Of a stretch of DNA of 64,000 nucleotides, positions 58,263 to 64,000 are shown in pieces; position 1 is the first letter of the stretch; each line of letters begins with the position of its first letter. The stretch comes from an uncultured Planctomycetales bacterium. GTDB taxonomy: Bacteria; Omnitrophota; Gorgyraeia; Zapsychrales; Fredricksoniimonadaceae. Position numbers and translations under genes: made by a program. A model generated the notes under the pieces. That model saw nothing but the letters and a program-made list of their open reading frames with translations, searched no databases and was not told where the DNA came from. The stretch lies in the NCBI GenBank assembly GCA_964487685.1, contig CAZASA010000001.1:2855-66854 (forward strand). Reading direction: 5' to 3'.

Positions 58263-60437
58263 TTGTTCTCGCACAAGGCGGTAAAATATTGGCTGATGGC
58301 ACTGGCAGTCCCTGTCCTGGCCTGGGCGTATTTAAATAAGGTCTGGGTGGGAAATTATTTCTTGGGCGGGGACAATAACGATTTTTTTTATCTATTGATC
58401 TATTATTTTAAAAACCTTATTAATTTAGTTTATCCTCTATGGAACCCATACCAATCCTGGGGTTCGTTGGATTTTCTTTATACACAGGATATAGGCGCAT
58501 CTAATCCATTTAGCGCGGTCATTCCTTTTCTTTTGATGATGGGGGTCAAGGCCTATTGGGCTTATGCGACTTATTTGGTGATATTTTGGATCCTAGGGTT
58601 CATCGGGTATTATTTTCTGCTTCACCGGCTTTATCAAGATCCCCGTATTGCCTGGGCCGGTACTAGTTTACTGATGTTTTCCGCAGGGTTGGCTGTTTTT
58701 TTCTCCTGGGACATCCTGGGCCTTTATATCTTTGTGCCTTTAGGGTGGTTTTTCGGGTTTTTGATCGGTTTTGTTCAAGCCACTGATGATCAGACAATCA
58801 AAAGGAACATGTTCGGCCTTACCTTTTCCATCATGTTCATCGCCCACCTGTATGTTCCTTTCTATTTCTTGACCATGTTTTTAGCCTTTATCATCAGTGC
58901 TTTGTTGTTTGCCAGTGAAGGGATCATTGGGTTTTTCAAGGTTAATTTAAGGGCGATCATGCGCATGCCGCTAGCCGTCATATTTTGCCTTTTGAGCATC
59001 CTTTTTTCTTTATGGCCGACCTTTGACTGCTATTTAAAAATGAAAGACCCTCAAAATATTTCTGAATTTTATAGAGGGGAAAATGAGGACAAGGTCGGCA
59101 ATGCCATTGTTGTTTCCCAGCAAATGATCGATATCGGAGGACTCCCTTCCAGAGCCACCTTCAGTGAACTTTTTTCATCATATGAAACAGGGGAGCAGTA
59201 TCTCTCCTATGTCCCGTTAATGCTTTTTATCCTGGCGTTATTGACCTTGTTCAACCGGTCCAGTAAGCCCCAACGGGTCATTTTTATGACTGGTTTCTTG
59301 CTGATGTTAGTCGCCATGACCAACGCTGCTCCTATACAGCATTTTTTATATAAATATGTATATTTTTTCAGGCTCTTTCGTAATTATTTTTTCTTTTGGA
59401 TACTATTTTGGTCTTGTTTTGTGGTGTACGTCATGGGAGAGACCAAGCAGTTTATGGAATGGGATTTTGTTGCGCCCTCAAGGAAGGGGGTTTATGCGCT
59501 ATGGGTTATCATGGTTCACGCGGGGATTGCAGGTTATTTAATGACTTTGGAAAATGTACCGATGATCTCCTATGTAACACTGTTCGCTAGTTGCTGTTGG
59601 TTTTTGGCGCGTTTATGGGAGGGCTTGCGCCTTAGACAGGGTATTTTTATCATAGGCCTTGTATTTATTGGTCTTTGGCAGCCGTTTTATGTTTTACCTC
59701 TGATCCGGGGAGTGGGACACGGACATGCTGATTTTATGACCAGCCAAGGGGATTTCTCATATCTCAGGCCTTCTTTCGGCACCGGGTATAATGAAAAGAA
59801 TCCATCCTTGCATCGATTGAAATATTTCCAGGATGAATCTGGTTTTGGTGAAGTAGGTTATATCGGCCAAAAAGGATCATATGAACTGCTTCAGAATTTA
59901 CCTCAAACATCATTAGCTCAGTACGTCCGATATAAATTTATTCTTTATGACAGGACAAGTCTGATCGCCCAAAAGAATATAGATTGGGAAATGGTCCTAC
60001 GGGTCATTACATTTAAAGACCCTTCAGCACTTATTGAGGAACCTTCAGGGCTTGTCACACCCGATGGGAAAGACGCCCTTGCTCCTGTTATTATTAAAGA
60101 GCCGGGCCCTCATTTTAAGATCGTTCATTTTGATGTTAATTCTATTTCGCTCAGTATGGCCCTGGAGCGGCGGAAATTTCTAGTTTATAACGACAGCTAC
60201 CATACCGGATGGCATGTGCTCATCGACGGGAAACCGGCTAAATTGTATCTGGCAAATATAGCCTTTAAAGGCGTATGGGTCGATAAAGGAAGCCATTTGG
60301 TCAGATTTTATTTTGGTTCTTGGTTTGATGGCCTTAGAGGATGGGGCGTTTCATTGTTATTTTTATTCTGGCTATATTTAGTCCTAAAAGTTTTTTTACC
60401 GGTCAGGAAGGGAAAAGATGATCCTTCAAATGTTTAA
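58263..60437 (+). CDS. YfhO-family polytopic membrane protein (GT-C-type glycosyltransferase-like)
   Basis: 724 aa with many TM segments. The C-terminal block YHTGWHVLIDGKPAKLYLANIAFKGVWVDKGSHLVRFYF is typical of YfhO. Confidence 0.65.
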   Translation: MFSHKAVKYWLMALAVPVLAWAYLNKVWVGNYFLGGDNNDFFYLLIYYFKNLINLVYPLWNPYQSWGSLDFLYTQDIGASNPFSAVIPFLLMMGVKAYWAYATYLVIFWILGFIGYYFLLHRLYQDPRIAWAGTSLLMFSAGLAVFFSWDILGLYIFVPLGWFFGFLIGFVQATDDQTIKRNMFGLTFSIMFIAHLYVPFYFLTMFLAFIISALLFASEGIIGFFKVNLRAIMRMPLAVIFCLLSILFSLWPTFDCYLKMKDPQNISEFYRGENEDKVGNAIVVSQQMIDIGGLPSRATFSELFSSYETGEQYLSYVPLMLFILALLTLFNRSSKPQRVIFMTGFLLMLVAMTNAAPIQHFLYKYVYFFRLFRNYFFFWILFWSCFVVYVMGETKQFMEWDFVAPSRKGVYALWVIMVHAGIAGYLMTLENVPMISYVTLFASCCWFLARLWEGLRLRQGIFIIGLVFIGLWQPFYVLPLIRGVGHGHADFMTSQGDFSYLRPSFGTGYNEKNPSLHRLKYFQDESGFGEVGYIGQKGSYELLQNLPQTSLAQYVRYKFILYDRTSLIAQKNIDWEMVLRVITFKDPSALIEEPSGLVTPDGKDALAPVIIKEPGPHFKIVHFDVNSISLSMALERRKFLVYNDSYHTGWHVLIDGKPAKLYLANIAFKGVWVDKGSHLVRFYFGSWFDGLRGWGVSLLFLFWLYLVLKVFLPVRKGKDDPSNV

Positions 60438-61197
60438 CCGAACGATCTTTCTATGGGCTGCGGCTATTGCCGTGGCTGTAGTGATCATCAATCCCCGTGC
60501 AGCCCTTTTGCAAAGAGTAAATGCCATGAGCCTTTCTTCCGTAGAATGCCTTAGCACGGGGAATTGTGACAATACAAAAGCGCTCAACGAAGTTCGGGAA
60601 TATTATAAAATCCTGGCGGCGCTTTATCCTGATTATGGCCGAGGGGCTGAAATGCAGGGTATATGTTATTTGGCATTGAAGAAAGATGATTCAGCCATCA
60701 AAAAATTCCAGGAAGCCATCGCGCATAATCCCAATTTGTTTTGGGTTTCTTTTGAATTAGGCAAGGCGTATTATCGAAAGGGAAATTATATCCAAGCCTT
60801 GAAATGTTTTCAATCCATCATCAGCCAGGACAACAACGAGCTATTTAAAAAGGCGGCATTGTCTTCCCTTCGGGGCATTTCGGACAACATCAGGGAAGCT
60901 TTGATGCTGCAATTGGTTGATTTTGTTTCCCAGGTTAAACTTTGGAGCTATCAATTGGCCATTGGCTGCCTTGTCCATCGGGGGGAGTTGGCTCAAGCAA
61001 AAGATATTATCAATTTGGGAGCAAATGATCAACGAATAACCCAACATGAATTCTTTATTTTAGCCCAAAAATCCCTAGATGAGGATCCTTCCAGGAAAGA
61101 CATGTTGGGGTATATCGATACTAAGGCGTACAGCAAGCCGATTTTACATCCGTGGGCGCGCTTCATCGAGCCCTTAAAGGAAATGCTGTATCAATAA
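60418..61197 (+). CDS. TPR-repeat protein with N-terminal membrane anchor
   Basis: Anchor IFLWAAAIAVAVVII. TPR units (AIKKFQEAIAHNPN, ELGKAYYRKGNYIQALKCFQ). An alternative start is at 60430. Confidence 0.65.
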   Translation: MILQMFNRTIFLWAAAIAVAVVIINPRAALLQRVNAMSLSSVECLSTGNCDNTKALNEVREYYKILAALYPDYGRGAEMQGICYLALKKDDSAIKKFQEAIAHNPNLFWVSFELGKAYYRKGNYIQALKCFQSIISQDNNELFKKAALSSLRGISDNIREALMLQLVDFVSQVKLWSYQLAIGCLVHRGELAQAKDIINLGANDQRITQHEFFILAQKSLDEDPSRKDMLGYIDTKAYSKPILHPWARFIEPLKEMLYQ

Positions 61198-61227
61198 TTC
61201 CTCTTCGACCGTGAGTTGTAAAGTTGG

Positions 61228-62322
61228 CTAGCGCGCTTGCTTGGGGAAAATAGCGGAAGATGAAAAGATTTTCTTTAATTCTTTATCATCCCTTAAGTGG
61301 ACCGAGTCGAAGAAGCACGATTCCGGGATAGACAAAAGATGCGGGTTGTACGATCCTACTAACGTCAATCCATAGATTTTTGCGATGTTTCTTACGTAGA
61401 TCTCCACATCTTCAATGATCTTGAAATTGCGTGAATAGACAAACCAATCATAGGCGATGGGATGATAAGGGGGCAGGTATAGGATAACCCTCACTCCGTC
61501 ATTTTTCATGGCTTGGATAAGCTTGATAAATTCCTGTTTATAATCCTCATCCAATTGAGAGAACCCGGTGATATTGTAGGGGCGAAGATTGTCTTCTTCG
61601 ACGATCTTCCTGACATTAAGTACGGACGCGTCCCTGCTTTGCCTGTCCCATGTCCATGACCCATCAGGGAAATAGGTCATTTTTTCATTATATTTCTGAT
61701 CGGCCACAGAAAATAAATTGTGACGGGCATGATGCAAGATATATTGGATGCTGGTCAGGGTATAAAAATGGTTGAACAATAATTGATATTTATAAGGGAG
61801 TAGGTTTTCTTTCCACATCTTCAGGTCGAAAATATTGATCGGGCCACTATTATTGAATCTTGCATAATATTGGCCGAATTCCTTCCAGGTGTAGTGGTCA
61901 GTATTTTTATTAAAGATCCATGGGTCAACACCGATGATGATGTTTGAAGGTAAGGTCCCCTTTTCCCGGTACATTTCATAAAGGATTACGTCATCCTGCA
62001 AGGAGTTGGCGGAAAGTTCAGTGTTCAATAGTGTCTTGCCCGGAAACATATCGGAGGAGATCGTTGCGACCCGGCTTGAGCCTAAAACACCGATGTCTAT
62101 CTTATGCTTCAGGGATTGGATCATAAGTTTCTGCTCAACCCTGCAGTCAAAATTATCATCTTTTAAGTTCGTCACAGTTTTCCCGGACAACAAAGCATCG
62201 ACGATTTTTTTAACGTCCTCGTCATTTTTAAATTGCGACCAGGGGTCGATGATAAAGTTAAAACCGGCAATGAGGAGCAAAAGCGGCAAAAAGTACAATA
62301 GTTTGATCATGAATTTTTTCAT
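61228..62322 (-). CDS. DltD/AlgJ-like SGNH-type partner of the MBOAT acyltransferase
   Basis: N-terminal anchor. GVLGSSRV (GSS nucleophile block) and a C-terminal FFDSVHL (DxxH block). Lies directly downstream of the MBOAT gene. Confidence 0.5.
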   Translation of the reverse strand: MKKFMIKLLYFLPLLLLIAGFNFIIDPWSQFKNDEDVKKIVDALLSGKTVTNLKDDNFDCRVEQKLMIQSLKHKIDIGVLGSSRVATISSDMFPGKTLLNTELSANSLQDDVILYEMYREKGTLPSNIIIGVDPWIFNKNTDHYTWKEFGQYYARFNNSGPINIFDLKMWKENLLPYKYQLLFNHFYTLTSIQYILHHARHNLFSVADQKYNEKMTYFPDGSWTWDRQSRDASVLNVRKIVEEDNLRPYNITGFSQLDEDYKQEFIKLIQAMKNDGVRVILYLPPYHPIAYDWFVYSRNFKIIEDVEIYVRNIAKIYGLTLVGSYNPHLLSIPESCFFDSVHLRDDKELKKIFSSSAIFPKQAR

Positions 62323-62372
62323 AGTGATTCTCTTCTTAGGGGGTATGATTTTTCAGTTTTGATTTAAATACT

Positions 62373-63830
62373 TTAAAATTGGAAATAAATAAATGGGTTC
62401 TCGCCAAAATTACCCCCTAAAAATATCGTCAACAATAACAGATAATAAAGGCCCCATCGGACCCAGACAGGTTTGCTTGCCACTATTTGTCGGATTGATC
62501 CATAACCTTGTATGATCTGAACGGTTACCAGAATGCCGATAAGGCTTAATGAATACACGAAAAAACTCCTTTTGACGCCGAAGGCAGCAATAAAGGGTTC
62601 TTCGTGAAAGCTAAGATGCTTCCAACCATGGGGCAGTTGAGCAAGGATGACCAGGGCATCGTGTAAATTTTGGGCCCGGAAGAATATCCAGGCGAAACAG
62701 ATCAAACTGAAGGTTATTAGGATCTGCCAGATCTCGAGCATTCTTGTATGCTTGGCGATACTAAGTCTTTCGCGGATCGCGGCCCTTAGATCGTTGGTCC
62801 AAACAGCAAAGAGATAATAGAAACCGTTCAATGCTCCCCATATGACAAATGTCCAGTTAGCTCCGTGCCAAAGCCCGCTGACTAAAAAAGTTATAAACAA
62901 ATTAAAATACCACCGGGGCTTGGAGCATCGATTACCGCCTAATGAAATAAAGAGATAATCCCTAAACCAGGTCGAAAGGGAGATATGCCAGCGATGCCAA
63001 AACTCCGCGATCGATCTTGCAAAATACGGCCGATTGAAATTGTTCATCAATTTAAAGCCCATGACCTGGGCCGCACCAATGGCCATATCGGAGTAGCCTG
63101 AAAAATCACAATAAATTTGGATGGCAAAATAGATCGTAGCCAGGACCAGCGCAGGACCGTGGAAATTTCTCGGATCGCCGTAAGCCTCGTTGACCTTAGG
63201 GGCCAGCCTGTCGGCGATAACAACCTTTTTGAAAAGCCCCCAAGCCATCAATTTAAGCCCATCCGTGACCCTTTTATAATCAAAATCATGTGTCTCATAG
63301 AATTGATGGATAAGGTGATAGGGCCGTTCAATCGGGCCGGCGACCAACTGTGGGTAGAACATGACGTACAAGGCATAGATCCAATAATTTCTTTCAGCTT
63401 TTTGTTTGCCCCGGTACACCTCAATGATATAGGCCAAGCTCTGGAAGGTATGGAAAGAAAGGCCTAAAGGCAAGATGAGCTGTAGATAAAATACGGGCAA
63501 GTTCCATCCGATAAAATGAGCGATGCCCTGAACGCTTCCGGTGAAAAAATTGAAATATTTGAAAACAAATAGAGTAAGACATGTGGCCAGGATACTGACG
63601 ATCAAATAATGTTTCTTGCGGTTGGGAGGGGAATTTTCGATACAGATCCCCATAAAATAATCGATGGTGATGAGGCCGAATAAAATGAAGATATAGGCCG
63701 GTATAAAAGCCATATAAAAGATACAGCTGGCGAAAAGAAGTAAGGCGCAACGGAATTTTGGAGGAAAAAGAAAATATAAGGTCGTTACGATGGGGAAGAA
63801 TATGAAGAATTTTAAAGAGCTAAATAACAT
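62373..63830 (-). CDS. MBOAT-family membrane O-acyltransferase (AlgI/DltB/PatA-like)
   Basis: 485 aa, polytopic. RSIAEFWHRWHISLSTWFRDYLF contains the conserved MBOAT histidine region. Confidence 0.85.
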   Translation of the reverse strand: MLFSSLKFFIFFPIVTTLYFLFPPKFRCALLLFASCIFYMAFIPAYIFILFGLITIDYFMGICIENSPPNRKKHYLIVSILATCLTLFVFKYFNFFTGSVQGIAHFIGWNLPVFYLQLILPLGLSFHTFQSLAYIIEVYRGKQKAERNYWIYALYVMFYPQLVAGPIERPYHLIHQFYETHDFDYKRVTDGLKLMAWGLFKKVVIADRLAPKVNEAYGDPRNFHGPALVLATIYFAIQIYCDFSGYSDMAIGAAQVMGFKLMNNFNRPYFARSIAEFWHRWHISLSTWFRDYLFISLGGNRCSKPRWYFNLFITFLVSGLWHGANWTFVIWGALNGFYYLFAVWTNDLRAAIRERLSIAKHTRMLEIWQILITFSLICFAWIFFRAQNLHDALVILAQLPHGWKHLSFHEEPFIAAFGVKRSFFVYSLSLIGILVTVQIIQGYGSIRQIVASKPVWVRWGLYYLLLLTIFLGGNFGENPFIYFQF

Positions 63831-64000
63831 ATCGTTCTATCCAAGGGAACAAAAGATTTCCATGCCGCCGGAAGGCTGCGCGGAGTGATGATTAATCATA
63901 TATATCAATTCTTAAGTTTAAAACAAATTATAAGGTAAATTTAGGTTACATCAAGAATTTCTTTAAGTTCTTCTTTTTAAGGTATTTGATAGATCTGAAA

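Overview
Dense, mostly plus-strand bacterial chromosome segment. The envelope genes are diderm-type (secretin, AsmA-like, O-antigen-ligase-like). The source is probably an uncultured lineage, and taxon cannot be fixed from sequence alone. Layout: (1) 2-24880 is a large surface-glycan locus. It combines a GDP-heptose-type route (HddC-like, GmhA, HddA-like), a dTDP-6-deoxyhexose route (RmlA-like x2, RmlB, RmlC-like cupins, RmlD-like) and GDP-fucose (gmd, fcl). It also carries nine SDR-type sugar enzymes, a C-methyltransferase, two macrolide-sugar-type methyltransferases, a thiamine-diphosphate E1 alpha/beta pair, GT2/GT4/GT26 glycosyltransferases, an initiating phosphoglycosyltransferase and a Wzy/O-antigen-ligase-like protein. 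One RmlA-like gene carries an in-frame TAG. (2) pgk-tpiA-secG lies behind a near-consensus promoter, with small palindromic repeats at the gene junctions. (3) An Opp/Dpp-type ABC importer operon has three paralogous, uncharacterised polytopic membrane proteins translationally coupled into and after it. I consider this the best candidate for an undescribed system. (4) glgC. (5) fabV/ter-bcd-etfB-etfA-ETF:quinone oxidoreductase. (6) A RAYT (Y1/HUH) transposase with inverted REP hairpins, bracketed by a 124-bp near-perfect direct repeat that duplicates the 3' end of a pilin-like gene. (7) A long housekeeping operon: DUF2203, tag, RNA m5C methyltransferase, minimal secretin, amidase, murI, queDCEF, rph, rdgB. 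(8) An envelope block: AsmA-like, YfhO-like GT-C, TPR, DltD-like plus MBOAT. I saw no rRNA, tRNA or CRISPR array. All calls rest on reading the translations and nucleotide text by eye. No database search or statistic was run.
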